NCBI GenBank assembly: GCA_050050535.1
Contig: JASFTY010000001.1
Location: 1 to 60,159 of the forward strand
DNA: 60,159 nt
Direction of reading: 5' to 3'
From: Gemmatimonadales bacterium
GTDB taxonomy: Bacteria > Gemmatimonadota > Gemmatimonadetes > Palauibacterales > KS3-K002
A program made the position numbers and the translations under genes. The stretch's first letter is position 1. Every line of letters begins with the position of its first letter. Below the pieces are notes generated by a model, which was given only the letters and a program-made list of their open reading frames with translations, made no database searches and was not told the origin of the DNA. Positions 7,522 to 17,391 of the stretch are shown in pieces.

Positions 7522-9828
7522 TCAGGCCGGCCCCAGCTCCGCCAGCATGGCACGCGCCTCCTGCGCAGGCTCGAAGGTCGGGTCCGCACCACTCCACACC
7601 TCGAGAGCGGCGCGGAGATGCTGGAGCGCCCGCATCCTCTCATCCCTATCAGCGTAGACCCGCGCCAACTCGAAATGAGCGTGAGGGTTGTTCGGTGTGG
7701 TAACGAGGTGCTCCTTCAAATGGGTCTCAGCCTCGTCGAGCCGGCCCAGCTCCCTGTAGCAGCGCGCGATACGCCGCTTCGTATAGGTATTGGCCGGTGC
7801 TAGCTCCAGGGAACGCCGGTAGCTGTCGATCGCTTCCTGGTAGGCGCCTCGGAGTTCGTGGATACGGCCCCGAGCGTTCAGCACGAGAGCTCGTCGGTGC
7901 TCCTCCTGCAGTGACTCGACCCACGCCTCCACTTCGGCCAGTGCACGCTCCGCGTTGTCCGCATCCTCGAGCTCCAGATAGATGTTCAGGTACCCCAACG
8001 GGATGGTGCGGTTGAACGGCTCGTTCAGTTCGTCCTCCGCCCTGCGGAGGATCTCGAACGCGCGCTGCCGCTCGCCCGCCATGGCGAACAGACCCAGCGA
8101 AGGCAACTTGACGTCCGTGAAGACCACAGAGGCCGGACGCGACCTCTCCCATTCCAACCACTCCAGCTCCTCGTGCTCGATCGCTTTGCCCAGCTGTCCC
8201 AACAATCTGTAGTGATCACTCAGCCGCGAGTGCGCGGCGGCACGATCAGCCGGGGCCCTCGCAGATTCGAGTGCCTCCTCGAAGCCGCTCTGCGCCCCCT
8301 CGAAGTCACCCAGATTGAACCGCGCAGCCGCCAGGTCGCTCATCAGCGAGGCGTTGTCCGGGTCGAGCACGAGAGCTTGCTCGAAGTACGACCGAGCGCG
8401 CTCATGTTCGCCCATCGCAGCATAGACGGCACCCAGGTGCCGGTAGGCCGAGTAGTCATCGGGCGCGACTTCGGCGTAGCGATCGTAGTACTCGAGCGCC
8501 CGCTCCAGCTCGCCCCGCTCGTGGTACACCTCGCCGATCTCACGGATGTACTCGTGCTGCGACGGATCGATCTCCAGGACCCGCTCGTATTCGGCGATGA
8601 CATCGTCCGTCTGGTTTCGTAGGATATACTCACGCGCCAGCATCACGTGACCATTGAGATCGTCCGGAAACAGCCTGACCATCGTCTCCGCGATCCGCAT
8701 GCGCCTGTCCGGATCGGGCTCGAAGTTGCTGTAGTAGAAGTATTGGACTTCGTACTGCCAGCTCTCCGGCAGCTTGTACAGATAGCGCAGCGCGAGCTGC
8801 GACAGGCTATCCGCCTTCTCTCTCTCATTGAGCACGAGATAGACGACCGCCAACTCGTAGAGGGCGAGTACCGAGGCCGGGTCCACCGCCACCGACCGCT
8901 CCAGGTGGTCACGCGCGGCCACCCAATCGTTGCTGCGGATCATCTCGTCTATCGCCCACGAGATGTGCTCGAAGGCTTCCGCAGACTCCGAGATGATGAC
9001 CGAGACTGGCAGATCCGCCGTATCGTCGATGTGGCGCTCCGGGACGCCCAGCTCGCGTCTCAGCTCGACCGACATCTGATCGACCAGCCGCAGAACATCG
9101 CTGCCGACGAAGGTGTGCTCGGCGACCTGGCGCTGCCGCCGGGTCTCGTACAGCGACACCGACACGGCAAGCTCGCCGTCCTCCTTGGTGAACCAGCCGA
9201 AGATGAAGTGGTCCTGGCGTAGCTCTCGGGCCAGCCTCGCCATCAGCGGCACGTCGAGGCCCGCGCCCTCAGGGTACCCGACGCGCTCCAGGCTGACCTG
9301 CAACCGGTCCTGACTCTCGACCTCGAGGAAAGCGTCCTGATCCAGGTCGAGCAGTAGTGCGATCCGCAGGCCCAGCTGCATCCAGTCGAGCGCGCTGTCA
9401 CCCGACCGGTTCTCGAAGCCGAGAAGCAGTACCCGCTTGCGGAACTCACTCCTCGGAATGACCCGCTCCAGCGTCTCGCCCGTCTCGGTCTCGAGGGTCA
9501 CGGTCCTCGTCGCAGCCCCCAGCGGCCGATCGGAGAAGAGAAAGAGGACCACCGCGGCCGCCGCCAGCAAGTTCACCGGGACACCGATCTTCTCTGCCGC
9601 CGTCCATTCCTGACGGCCCGGCATGCCGTGGCAGTAAGCCATCAGCACGACCATCGGGATCAGCATCGCCAAGACGGCCATGCTGAGCTCGATCAGATGC
9701 GGTGAGAGCGCGAAGCGGTCCACCAGCAGGGTGATGAATTCGACCATCACCCAGGAAGCACCGAGATAGAGCCCTACGATCTGGGGTACGCGCCGCTCCA
9801 GCAGATGTCCGAAGATGGCAAACGGCAT
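7522..9828 (-). CDS. Membrane-anchored TPR-repeat protein
   Basis: Three N-terminal hydrophobic helices, then a TolB-like module (RVLLLGFENRSGD) and more than 10 TPR-like repeats (YERVLEIDPSQHEY, YFEQALVLDPDNA, YRRSLELAPANT). Confidence 0.8.
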   Translation of the reverse strand: MPFAIFGHLLERRVPQIVGLYLGASWVMVEFITLLVDRFALSPHLIELSMAVLAMLIPMVVLMAYCHGMPGRQEWTAAEKIGVPVNLLAAAAVVLFLFSDRPLGAATRTVTLETETGETLERVIPRSEFRKRVLLLGFENRSGDSALDWMQLGLRIALLLDLDQDAFLEVESQDRLQVSLERVGYPEGAGLDVPLMARLARELRQDHFIFGWFTKEDGELAVSVSLYETRRQRQVAEHTFVGSDVLRLVDQMSVELRRELGVPERHIDDTADLPVSVIISESAEAFEHISWAIDEMIRSNDWVAARDHLERSVAVDPASVLALYELAVVYLVLNEREKADSLSQLALRYLYKLPESWQYEVQYFYYSNFEPDPDRRMRIAETMVRLFPDDLNGHVMLAREYILRNQTDDVIAEYERVLEIDPSQHEYIREIGEVYHERGELERALEYYDRYAEVAPDDYSAYRHLGAVYAAMGEHERARSYFEQALVLDPDNASLMSDLAAARFNLGDFEGAQSGFEEALESARAPADRAAAHSRLSDHYRLLGQLGKAIEHEELEWLEWERSRPASVVFTDVKLPSLGLFAMAGERQRAFEILRRAEDELNEPFNRTIPLGYLNIYLELEDADNAERALAEVEAWVESLQEEHRRALVLNARGRIHELRGAYQEAIDSYRRSLELAPANTYTKRRIARCYRELGRLDEAETHLKEHLVTTPNNPHAHFELARVYADRDERMRALQHLRAALEVWSGADPTFEPAQEARAMLAELGPA

Positions 9829-9849
9829 CGTTGTTTCCCTCTCCCGATA

Positions 9850-10512
9850 CTACGAACCGCCAGGCTCGACCGTTTCGGATCGCCCCAGCCTCAGACTGCC
9901 GGTCGGCAGAAGCACGGCACGCACCGGCGCCGCTTCCGCCTCGATCATCCTCAGCGGCAACGCGATCAGATCGTAATCTCCCGGCTCGGCGAGCGCGAGG
10001 TCGAGATTCTCGATGATGGGAACGCCGGCGGCGCCGAGCACGCGGTGGGCGCTCATCGACGTGCTCCGTACAGGGTCGACAGAGGGCGCATCGGTCCCGT
10101 AGAGCCGCAGGCCCGACCGTACCAGCGCGTCCGCTGCCTCAGGAGCCAGCGGCGCGAAATCGTTCTCGAACCTCTCCGGGCGCGACTCCGGCACCGAGCG
10201 CACCAACAGGCGCTGGGCCCCCAGCGCTCCCATCGACTCCAGCAGCCCGAGGTCCACCGACCGAGCCCAGCGCGCGTCGACCACACGCACGGGCCCGAGG
10301 AATGCGCCAAGCTGGAAGGCATCGGTCAGGGATCCACCGGGCTCGTAGTGCGCCGGCGCATCTGCGTGTGTTCCCACGTGCGGACTGAAGGTGACCCGTG
10401 ACAGCGTCACGTTGTCACCGCGGGTGATATGCAGAGTCCAGTCGATTTGGAACGGCGTGTCGCCCGGCCAGGCGGCGGCCCGGGTGCTGAGCGGCTGAGT
10501 GATGTCAATCAT
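9850..10512 (-). CDS. kynB: Kynurenine formamidase / putative cyclase family protein
   Basis: WPGDTPFQ and SPHVGTHADAPAHY match the KynB HxGTHxDxPxH metal site. Start set at MIDITQPL (ATG 10512), overlapping the DoxX stop by 8 nt. Confidence 0.75.
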   Translation of the reverse strand: MIDITQPLSTRAAAWPGDTPFQIDWTLHITRGDNVTLSRVTFSPHVGTHADAPAHYEPGGSLTDAFQLGAFLGPVRVVDARWARSVDLGLLESMGALGAQRLLVRSVPESRPERFENDFAPLAPEAADALVRSGLRLYGTDAPSVDPVRSTSMSAHRVLGAAGVPIIENLDLALAEPGDYDLIALPLRMIEAEAAPVRAVLLPTGSLRLGRSETVEPGGS

Positions 10513-10963
10513 ACGGCGTATCCCCGACGTGGCTCCGTTTCGGCGGCGCGCCCCAGCCGAGGACATCACGATCGACCGAGAGTCGACCTGCACCGGTAAC
10601 CAGGAGCGAGAGCGCGATCATCAGCAGCGCGAAGTCGAACTCGAACCCACCGACGAGTCCCTGAGCCAGCTTCACCTTGAGGATGGCCGTGACCATCACG
10701 CAGGCGATGGCGAACGCGGCCGCCCGCGTGAACAGGCCGACGATGACGAGCAAGCCACCGAACGTCTCGACCAAAGCCACGACCCATGCCCAGAACACCG
10801 GGTACGGCCACCCCCAACCCTCGATGTTGAAGCCCTCGGGCGTGCCCAACGGGCCCGTCAGCTTCGCCCAGCCGTGTGACATGAAGATCAGGCCGAGCGC
10901 CAGGCGCAGCGGGATCGTTCCCCATTCTGGAAGGTAGCACGTCAGAAACCACCGCATCCGCAC
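10505..10963 (-). CDS. DoxX family membrane protein
   Basis: LRLALGLIFMSHGWAKL plus 4 TM helices is the typical DoxX signature. Confidence 0.85.
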   Translation of the reverse strand: MRMRWFLTCYLPEWGTIPLRLALGLIFMSHGWAKLTGPLGTPEGFNIEGWGWPYPVFWAWVVALVETFGGLLVIVGLFTRAAAFAIACVMVTAILKVKLAQGLVGGFEFDFALLMIALSLLVTGAGRLSVDRDVLGWGAPPKRSHVGDTPYD

Positions 10964-10966
10964 GTC

Positions 10967-11482
10967 CTATGTCGATCCGGTCCCATCGATAGGTCCTTCG
11001 GGACCAGGGTGTTCGATCTCGCGGCCCCGCGGACCTTCGGCCGAACCGCCTGCTCCACCCTGAAAGCCGGTGGCACTGCCCACGTAGACGTGACCCTGCC
11101 GCATGAGCGCCCTACCGAAACGTCCGACCAACCTGTTCTGCAGCCACCGCCGCGTAGGGCGCGCCAACAGCGCGAAGCCGAACAGATCGGTCGCCAAGCC
11201 CGGCGTCAGCAGAAGAGCGCCGCCGGCAAAGATCGACAGACCGTCGAGGATCGGGCGGCCCGGTATGCGGCCTTCCCGTACATCGACCTGGAAGGCATGC
11301 CACGCCCTCAGCCCCTCACGACTCGCCAGCGTCGCACCCAGTATCCCCGTCGCCACGATCAATCCCAATGTCGGCCACAGGCCGATCCAGCGCCCCAATT
11401 GAATGAGCAACGCCAGCTCACCGATCGGCACCAGGATGAACAGAAGTATTAGACGCCGTATGATCGAGCCCACGGGATCCAA
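10967..11482 (-). CDS. fxsA: FxsA family membrane protein
   Basis: LILLFILVPIGELALLIQLGRWIGLWPTLGLIVATGILGATLAR-type N-terminus is characteristic of FxsA. Confidence 0.8.
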   Translation of the reverse strand: MDPVGSIIRRLILLFILVPIGELALLIQLGRWIGLWPTLGLIVATGILGATLASREGLRAWHAFQVDVREGRIPGRPILDGLSIFAGGALLLTPGLATDLFGFALLARPTRRWLQNRLVGRFGRALMRQGHVYVGSATGFQGGAGGSAEGPRGREIEHPGPEGPIDGTGST

Positions 11483-11491
11483 CCTCAGAGT

Positions 11492-11869
11492 TCAACCGCG
11501 CGCGCCGCCGCGGCGGCAGGCGCCGCTCTCGCAGCCGAAGCGATGACGCCGCCGCGCCACCCAGCTATAGACGCGTTCAGCGGCGAACATGGCACCGGGG
11601 ACACTGAAAAGCCACACCAGCGGCCGGCCGCAGCGGAGCAGACGTAGCAGTTCGCGCGCCGCGGCGGCGCCCCGCCAGACACCTCCCGTCGGCGCCACCA
11701 AATGCATCGCCTCCTCTGCCGCCGAGCGCTCGATGCCGTAGCGCTCCAGGTCCGCCGTCTGAAACGGGACCGCCTCGATCCGCCCGCGCCCATCCCACCT
11801 GCGCAGGAAGTCGACCTGCCGACGACAGAACCGGCAATCCCCATCGTAGATGAGCGTCCAGCTCGCCAT
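11492..11869 (-). CDS. Thiol-disulfide oxidoreductase DCC family (DUF393)
   Basis: LIYDGDCRFCRRQVDFLRRWD carries the DxxCxxC motif of DCC proteins. Confidence 0.8.
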   Translation of the reverse strand: MASWTLIYDGDCRFCRRQVDFLRRWDGRGRIEAVPFQTADLERYGIERSAAEEAMHLVAPTGGVWRGAAAARELLRLLRCGRPLVWLFSVPGAMFAAERVYSWVARRRHRFGCESGACRRGGARG

Positions 11870-11903
11870 GACGTCAACGCGAGGCCGATGGACCTAGAGC
11901 GGC

Positions 11904-12338
11904 CTAGCTCGCAGCATCCGCCTCCCGGTAGAGCCAGCCACCGGCGAGTGCGGCAACTACGATCTCGACCAGACCCCAGGCGGCCGGCAGAACCAGCAGG
12001 CCGGGGTCGAACAGGCCGATCAGGCCGATGTCCAGGATCCGCCACAGGTAGGCGAGCAGCCAGACGATGAAGCCGGCCAGCACAGCGGTCTTGGGCCCGG
12101 GCCCGAAGCGCGGGCGGATCCCCGCGTAGATCCAGATCGTGACTATCCCCAGCAGGAACCCGACCACCATGTAGATGACGACCGTCGACCCGCCCGGCGG
12201 TGGTATGCTGTACTCTCGCATCGCCAATTCGATGCTATCGGCGATGACGGCCAGATTAAGGATCAACTCGCTGATGTTAATGACCAGTCCGGCGAGCAAC
12301 CCTCCGAGGATCAGCCGCACCACGTTGATCTTGGCCAT
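11904..12338 (-). CDS. Hypothetical 4-TM membrane protein
   Basis: Start moved to ATG 12338 (MAKINVVRLILGG), which has a GGAGG SD. The upstream 43 codons of the track ORF lack coding character. Confidence 0.6.
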   Translation of the reverse strand: MAKINVVRLILGGLLAGLVINISELILNLAVIADSIELAMREYSIPPPGGSTVVIYMVVGFLLGIVTIWIYAGIRPRFGPGPKTAVLAGFIVWLLAYLWRILDIGLIGLFDPGLLVLPAAWGLVEIVVAALAGGWLYREADAAS

Positions 12339-12547
12339 TGGGAGCCTCCGGTGTTGATGGCTCGCGCCACGCGGTCCAGCGCTGACCGGACCATCGGCAT
12401 ATCGGGATGTCTGGACGTTAGTAGAATGGCCGGGCGGCGGTCCTCTGTCTAGAGTCGTAATTTTCATCCGGCGCCTGTACCTTTAGAGCGGGCGCGCGGC
12501 GTGGCACGCCGCCACGCCAGAACCGTGACTCAACCGGTGGGTACCCT

Positions 12548-13621
12548 ATGGCCAAGAAAATCGCGATCAACACCGGCGGCGGCGACGCTCCCGGTCTCAA
12601 TGCGGTGATCCGCGCCGCCACACTGGCAGCTCTCAACCGGGGCTACGAGGTCTACGGTATCCGCCGCGCCTACATGGGCCTGCTCGGCGAGGACGAGATC
12701 ATCCCACTGACCCGCGACTCGGTTCGCGGCATCACCCACATAGGCGGCACGATCCTCGGCACCACGAACCGTGGCAATCCATTCGCCTTCCCGCTGCAGC
12801 ATCCGGACGGAACGACCGAGGCGGTCGACCGCTCGGCCGACGTCGTCGCGGCTTTCCGCGAGCGTGGCTTCGAGGCACTGATCGCCATCGGCGGCGACGG
12901 GAGCCTGCGTATCGCCCAAGACCTCTACAAGAAGGGCCTGCCGGTCGTCGGTGTCCCGAAGACGATCGACAACGATATCGAGGGCACTTCCCTGACGTTC
13001 GGTTTCCTCACAGCAGTCGACATCGCAACCGACGCCATCGGCCGGCTTCACTCCACGGCACAGGCCCACGAGCGTGTCATGGTCGTCGAGGTGATGGGCC
13101 GCGACACCGGCTGGATCGCCCTATTCTCCGGAGTGGCCGGCACCGCCGACGTCATCCTCATCCCGGAGATCCCCTACAGCATCGAGAACGTGTGCGAGAA
13201 AGTCAGCGAACGAGACCGCGCCGGCCGGCGCTTCACCATCGTCGTCGCCGCCGAGGGCGCCTTCCCCGCCGGCGGAACACCGGTGTTCAAGGACCCGGAC
13301 CTGAAACGTCTCGGTGGGATCTGCGAAGTGCTGGCCAATGAGATCGCCGAGCGGACCGGCAAGGACACGCGCGCCATCGCCCTGCGCCACCTACAGCGCG
13401 GCGGCTCACCGATCTCCTACGATCGGCTCATCGCCCTGCGCTTCGGCGCCGCGGCGATCGACTGCGTCGATGACGGTGACTACGGCTGCATGGTCGCCCT
13501 CGATCCGCCCTACGTGCGTCGCATCCCGCTCGACATAGCGGTCAGCAGACAGAAGCGGGTGCCCGTCGACGGTGACGTCGTCGCCACCGCACGGGCGCTG
13601 GGGATAAGCTTCGGCGACTAG
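12548..13621 (+). CDS. pfkA: ATP-dependent 6-phosphofructokinase
   Basis: IAINTGGGDAPGLNAVIRA, IGGDGSLRIA, VVGVPKTIDNDI and MGRDTGWIAL are classic PfkA blocks. Confidence 0.9.
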   Translation: MAKKIAINTGGGDAPGLNAVIRAATLAALNRGYEVYGIRRAYMGLLGEDEIIPLTRDSVRGITHIGGTILGTTNRGNPFAFPLQHPDGTTEAVDRSADVVAAFRERGFEALIAIGGDGSLRIAQDLYKKGLPVVGVPKTIDNDIEGTSLTFGFLTAVDIATDAIGRLHSTAQAHERVMVVEVMGRDTGWIALFSGVAGTADVILIPEIPYSIENVCEKVSERDRAGRRFTIVVAAEGAFPAGGTPVFKDPDLKRLGGICEVLANEIAERTGKDTRAIALRHLQRGGSPISYDRLIALRFGAAAIDCVDDGDYGCMVALDPPYVRRIPLDIAVSRQKRVPVDGDVVATARALGISFGD

Positions 13622-15267
13622 CGTAGCAGCCGCGCCACCAGCCAATCGCCTAGATAGCTCAGAAACGCGGGGTCGACCTCGGCGTCGGGGTCGACGTACT
13701 CTGCCAGCCCTTCGCCACGCGAGCCCGCGAACAGGTGGTTGAGGTCCGGGAAGATGCGCACCTCGTGATCAGCGTGGCCGGCCTGCTCGAGAGCCGCACC
13801 CAGCCTCCGTGCGTGCTCAGGCGACACCTGAACGTCCTGGCCACCGTTCACGATCAGCACCGGCGCGCGTACCCGCTTGATCGTCGCTATCGGTTCGTGC
13901 TCGATGTGCTCGCGTAGCCACCTCTGGGCGCCGGGCGAAAGCTCGGTGTTCTCGGGCTCGCGGCCTTCCCGGATGGCATCCATCAGACGGAGCGTAGATG
14001 CTCGGGCATTCTCGACGTCGGCCGAATCGCCGCCCGCAGCCAGAGCGAGCTGCACAGACTGTTCGAGGATAACCGAATCGATAGGCGCAGCCGTGCCGGC
14101 CATCAGCACGACCGCTCCAATCCCACTGTCTCTCGATGCAACGATCGGCGCGATGATACCGCCCTCGCTGTGTCCGATCAGACCTACCCGTGACGCGGCG
14201 ATCTCCCGACGATCCCGCAGGTAAGCGACGGCCGCCTCCACGTCAGCGACCAGACCGCTGAGTCCGGCGTCGGCAAGGCTGCCCCCGCTGCCGCCCACCC
14301 CGCGGTCATCGTACCGCAACACGGCTATGCCGCGCCGGGTCAACGAATCCGCTATGGTGCGGAAGATGCCGAGCTTCAGACCGCCCGGGCCCGGCGAGTT
14401 CTCATCGCGATCCTGCGCCCCCGACCCGCTGATCAGCACCACCGCCGGCCACGGCCCCGCCCCCTTCGGCATCGTCAGGGTGCCGGCCAGGGTGATCCCG
14501 TCCGATTCGAAAGTCACCTCTTCAGCCTCGTAGGCGCCCTCCGCCCCGCCTTCCAGCTCTTCCCTCGTCTGGCCCAGCACGTCAGCCCAGCGCGCGTGCG
14601 CCTCGCTCACGGCCACGAAGGCCTGAAGCGGAACAGAGACCTTCAGCGGGGCCCCATCGTCCGCCAGCCAGACATAGGCGCCGACAGCGTTCGCGATGTT
14701 GATGAAGTAGCGCCGGTACGAGAGCGTCTCCTCCCCCAAGCGGGCGGTGCCCGACTCCTCGAGAGTTACGGTTACGGGAACGCGCGGGAAGGCCACGTAC
14801 TGCTCCGACTCGCCGACTGCACCACCGTGCAGCCAGGTGAACTGGGCGATGTGATGGATGACGTTGCTGGTGAGCAGCACCGACGACTCGGGCGTCACGA
14901 TGTCCTGAGCCACGGTCGAGTCGCCCTGCGTCGTCTCCTGGAACCCGTTACCGTCCCGACGCACGAGGCTCACAGTGGTCGGCTCGCCGTTGACGGTCAG
15001 CTGCACCTCGGCGGTGCGGAATTCCAGCCGCTCGCCCGTCTCGACCTCCAGGTGCTGCACGATGTGATAGCCCATGGCATTCAAGTCGACGTCGCCGACG
15101 ATACGGTAACCACCGGGCAGGCGCTCGATGTTGTAGGTCTCGTGTCCTGCGTCCGCCGTACCCATCCGGAACAGTAGGCGCCCGCTCAGCGCCTCCGGGA
15201 TCTGAGCCGCGACCGGAGAAGCCGAGACCAGGGCGAGCGCCAGCACCGCCATGTGTGTGCGTAACAT
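13618..15267 (-). CDS. Secreted alpha/beta hydrolase (S9/dienelactone hydrolase-like) with N-terminal beta-rich domain
   Basis: Signal peptide MLRTHMAVLALALVSASPVAAQ. Nucleophile elbow GLIGHSEGG, then C-terminal DVQV...H. The stop overlaps the pfkA stop by 4 nt (convergent genes). Confidence 0.75.
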   Translation of the reverse strand: MLRTHMAVLALALVSASPVAAQIPEALSGRLLFRMGTADAGHETYNIERLPGGYRIVGDVDLNAMGYHIVQHLEVETGERLEFRTAEVQLTVNGEPTTVSLVRRDGNGFQETTQGDSTVAQDIVTPESSVLLTSNVIHHIAQFTWLHGGAVGESEQYVAFPRVPVTVTLEESGTARLGEETLSYRRYFINIANAVGAYVWLADDGAPLKVSVPLQAFVAVSEAHARWADVLGQTREELEGGAEGAYEAEEVTFESDGITLAGTLTMPKGAGPWPAVVLISGSGAQDRDENSPGPGGLKLGIFRTIADSLTRRGIAVLRYDDRGVGGSGGSLADAGLSGLVADVEAAVAYLRDRREIAASRVGLIGHSEGGIIAPIVASRDSGIGAVVLMAGTAAPIDSVILEQSVQLALAAGGDSADVENARASTLRLMDAIREGREPENTELSPGAQRWLREHIEHEPIATIKRVRAPVLIVNGGQDVQVSPEHARRLGAALEQAGHADHEVRIFPDLNHLFAGSRGEGLAEYVDPDAEVDPAFLSYLGDWLVARLLR

Positions 15268-15321
15268 TGTCCGTCTCTCGTCAAAAGGGACTCGAGCAGA
15301 TGACCAAGCCGGATCGACGGA

Positions 15322-15642
15322 TCAGGCCGGCTCTATCTTCACAGCATTACCGTAGGCGAGGATCTCGGCCGCCCCGCCCATTACGTATGAAGTCGTGAAA
15401 CGCACATCGGTGACAGCGTCAGCACCCAGTTGTACCGCTTCGTCCCTCATCCGGTCCATCGCCTGTTCGCGCGACTCGGCCATCATCTTGGTGTATTCCT
15501 CGATTTCGCCGCCGACCAGCAGCTTCAGCGAGGCGAGGATGTCTTTGCCGAGATGCCGAGCACGGATCGTGTTGCCGTACACGAGGCCGAGTGTCTCGAC
15601 CACGCTGTAGCCAGCGATACTCGAAGCCGGTGTCGTGATCAT
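15322..15642 (-). CDS. YbjQ family (UPF0145) protein
   Basis: 106 aa. GYSVVETLGLVYGNTIRARHLGKDILASLKLLVGGEI...GADAV matches YbjQ/heavy-metal-binding domain proteins. Confidence 0.85.
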   Translation of the reverse strand: MITTPASSIAGYSVVETLGLVYGNTIRARHLGKDILASLKLLVGGEIEEYTKMMAESREQAMDRMRDEAVQLGADAVTDVRFTTSYVMGGAAEILAYGNAVKIEPA

Positions 15643-16106
15643 CGCTCCACGTCCTTGTAGCGTTGTCGTTGCCCGACGAACACCTTCTCGCGCACCACCG
15701 ACACGAGCAGTATTACGGTGCCCACGGTGAGCGCGGCCAGAGACGCCTTCACGAACCAGGGCATCGTCGTGTCGGCGAGCAGCTCTCTCACGGCGGCCCA
15801 GGCGCCGTACGAGAGTAGAACGATCGCGCCGACGGAGAAGAGGATCCAGCCGACCCCACGCTCGAGGCGGCTGTAAACCGAGGCCCAGTAGTCACTCCAT
15901 ACCTCTTCCGGGGCAGGTCGCAGTCTCATCACACCCGTCACCTCCTTGACTCGCTGGAGACGTTCCCACTCGGCGCGCAGAGCCGGGTACGCATCCAGCA
16001 GACGTTCGAGTTCCTCGCGCTCGCCGCTCCCCAGCTCGCCGTCGATCGACGCCATGATCAAGCGACGAGCGCGCTCCTCCAGGTTTCTGACTTCCTTGTC
16101 GCTCAC
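15639..16106 (-). CDS. Anti-sigma factor, single-pass/multi-TM membrane protein
   Basis: 4-nt overlaps with the ECF sigma gene upstream and the YbjQ gene downstream. N-terminal IMASIDGELGSGEREELERLL resembles anti-sigma N-domains, and TM helices follow. Confidence 0.6.
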   Translation of the reverse strand: MSDKEVRNLEERARRLIMASIDGELGSGEREELERLLDAYPALRAEWERLQRVKEVTGVMRLRPAPEEVWSDYWASVYSRLERGVGWILFSVGAIVLLSYGAWAAVRELLADTTMPWFVKASLAALTVGTVILLVSVVREKVFVGQRQRYKDVER

Positions 16107-16732
16107 AACACGCCCTCCAGTTCAGCGGCAAGGTCTCGGCGGGCGGTATAGAGGCGCGACATGACGGTCCCTATCGGAATGCCGAGCAGTTCGGCGATCT
16201 CGCGGTAGCGGAGCCCCTCGAACTCCTTCAAAACCAGCACCTCGCGCTCACGCTCCGGCAGTCTCTCGATCGCGGCCTGCACCAGGGCACACAGTTCGGA
16301 TCGCTCGGCCGAACGCGCCGGGTCGGTCGCCGCGGCTCGGGCCCCGGCCTGGTCCGTGAGCCAGGGCACCGCTTCTTCCATACGGACACGTCGGGTGCGG
16401 CTGTCGCGCAGGAAGTTGAAGCAGAGCCGGCGAACGATCTGGTAGAGATAGCCGTAGAACGGCAGGTCGGGATCGAGGTTGGCGCGCGCGCGGAAGGCGC
16501 GGGCGAACGCCTCCTGCGAGAGGTCGAGGGCGTCCTCGTGGGAGCCCACCAGCCCCAGCGCCGCGTAGTAGGCGCGGCGCATGTAGCGTGTGACGAGCTC
16601 GCCGAAGGCTCGCCGGTCCCCCGCCCGGGCCCGCTGCACCAGGGCACGCTCGCTCGCTTCACTCTGCTGGTCCACCGCGACTTTCACCGCGAATCTCCGA
16701 CCGCCGACCGTACGTAATAGGGTACACACCAA
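16103..16732 (-). CDS. RNA polymerase ECF-type sigma-70 factor
   Basis: Region 2 (RAFGELVTRYMRRAYYAALGLVGSHEDALDLSQEAF) and region 4 (REVLVLKEFEGLRYREIAELLGIPIGTVMSRLYTAR). The true start may be GTG 16687, which has a GGAG SD. Confidence 0.85.
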   Translation of the reverse strand: MVCTLLRTVGGRRFAVKVAVDQQSEASERALVQRARAGDRRAFGELVTRYMRRAYYAALGLVGSHEDALDLSQEAFARAFRARANLDPDLPFYGYLYQIVRRLCFNFLRDSRTRRVRMEEAVPWLTDQAGARAAATDPARSAERSELCALVQAAIERLPEREREVLVLKEFEGLRYREIAELLGIPIGTVMSRLYTARRDLAAELEGVL

Positions 16733-16800
16733 GCTGGCGTTTATTCGTTAGCTACACCAGCCCGGCCTGGGTCGCGAAGATTGACCTGGTCGATTAGCCT

Positions 16801-17383
16801 ATGATCCTGGGATCGCGATACCCTCAGCTCAGCGGCGTGCCGCGCTGGAGCAGACGACTCGCGGCGGTCCTCGAGATCTTGGCGGTACTGGTGGGCGGCA
16901 GCCTGCTGGCCCGCACCATCAGCACCGCGGTCGGCCTGGCCAGGTCGCGAGCTCTGATCAACGCGCTGCCGGAGGATGCCACCCCCGATTTCCTGGCGAT
17001 GGCCTGGGTGACGGCCTGACGCTTTCAGCTCGATTCTGGCGGGCTACGTCTTCTACAGGACGCGGTCGCTGGTGCCGGTCGTCATAGCGCACGCCATCGC
17101 GAACGTCCCGCTCCGTGGCGCGGCCGAGCTCGCGATGCTCAGCCTGATGGTCGTGACGATCATCCTGTTCAGAGAGCCGATCGTCGCCTACGGGCGTGCG
17201 CTGTGGCTCGAGCTCGCCAGCATCGAGTCCGTGCCCGCGACCCTGGCCGCGCTGGCGCTGTTCATGGTGTTACTCGCCGCGTTGCTGTTCGCGCCGGCTT
17301 TCGTACCGGCAGTGGTGGTCGCGGCGGGGATACTGGCGCTGCTGATCGAATATCGGGACCGCGCACTCGGCACGCATGTCTGA
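16801..17383 (+). pseudogene. Remnant of a CPBP (CAAX/Abi) intramembrane protease, internally deleted and frame-shifted
   Basis: ORF 16801..17019 encodes only an N-terminal TM segment. A second frame opening after the TGA at 17009..17011 reads FSSILAGYVFYRTRSLVPVVIAHAIANVP, the last conserved CPBP motif. The EExxxR and FxxxH core motifs that should lie between are absent. Confidence 0.5.
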
Positions 17384-17391
17384 TCACGTGT

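Noticed and set aside
11485-12045. 186-aa ORF overlapping the DCC oxidoreductase gene and the membrane-protein gene in another frame.
   Set aside because: Arg/Gly/Ser-rich low-complexity translation. It overlaps two better-supported genes and has no start context.
13618-13621. 4-nt overlap of the convergent pfkA and hydrolase stop codons.
   Set aside because: This is a trivial consequence of the CTAG palindrome shared by the two stops. I infer no regulatory meaning.
17009-17019. Considered TGA read-through or selenocysteine to join the two CPBP fragments.
   Set aside because: The downstream conserved motif is in a different frame, and about 100 codons of catalytic core are missing. A recoding event cannot repair that.
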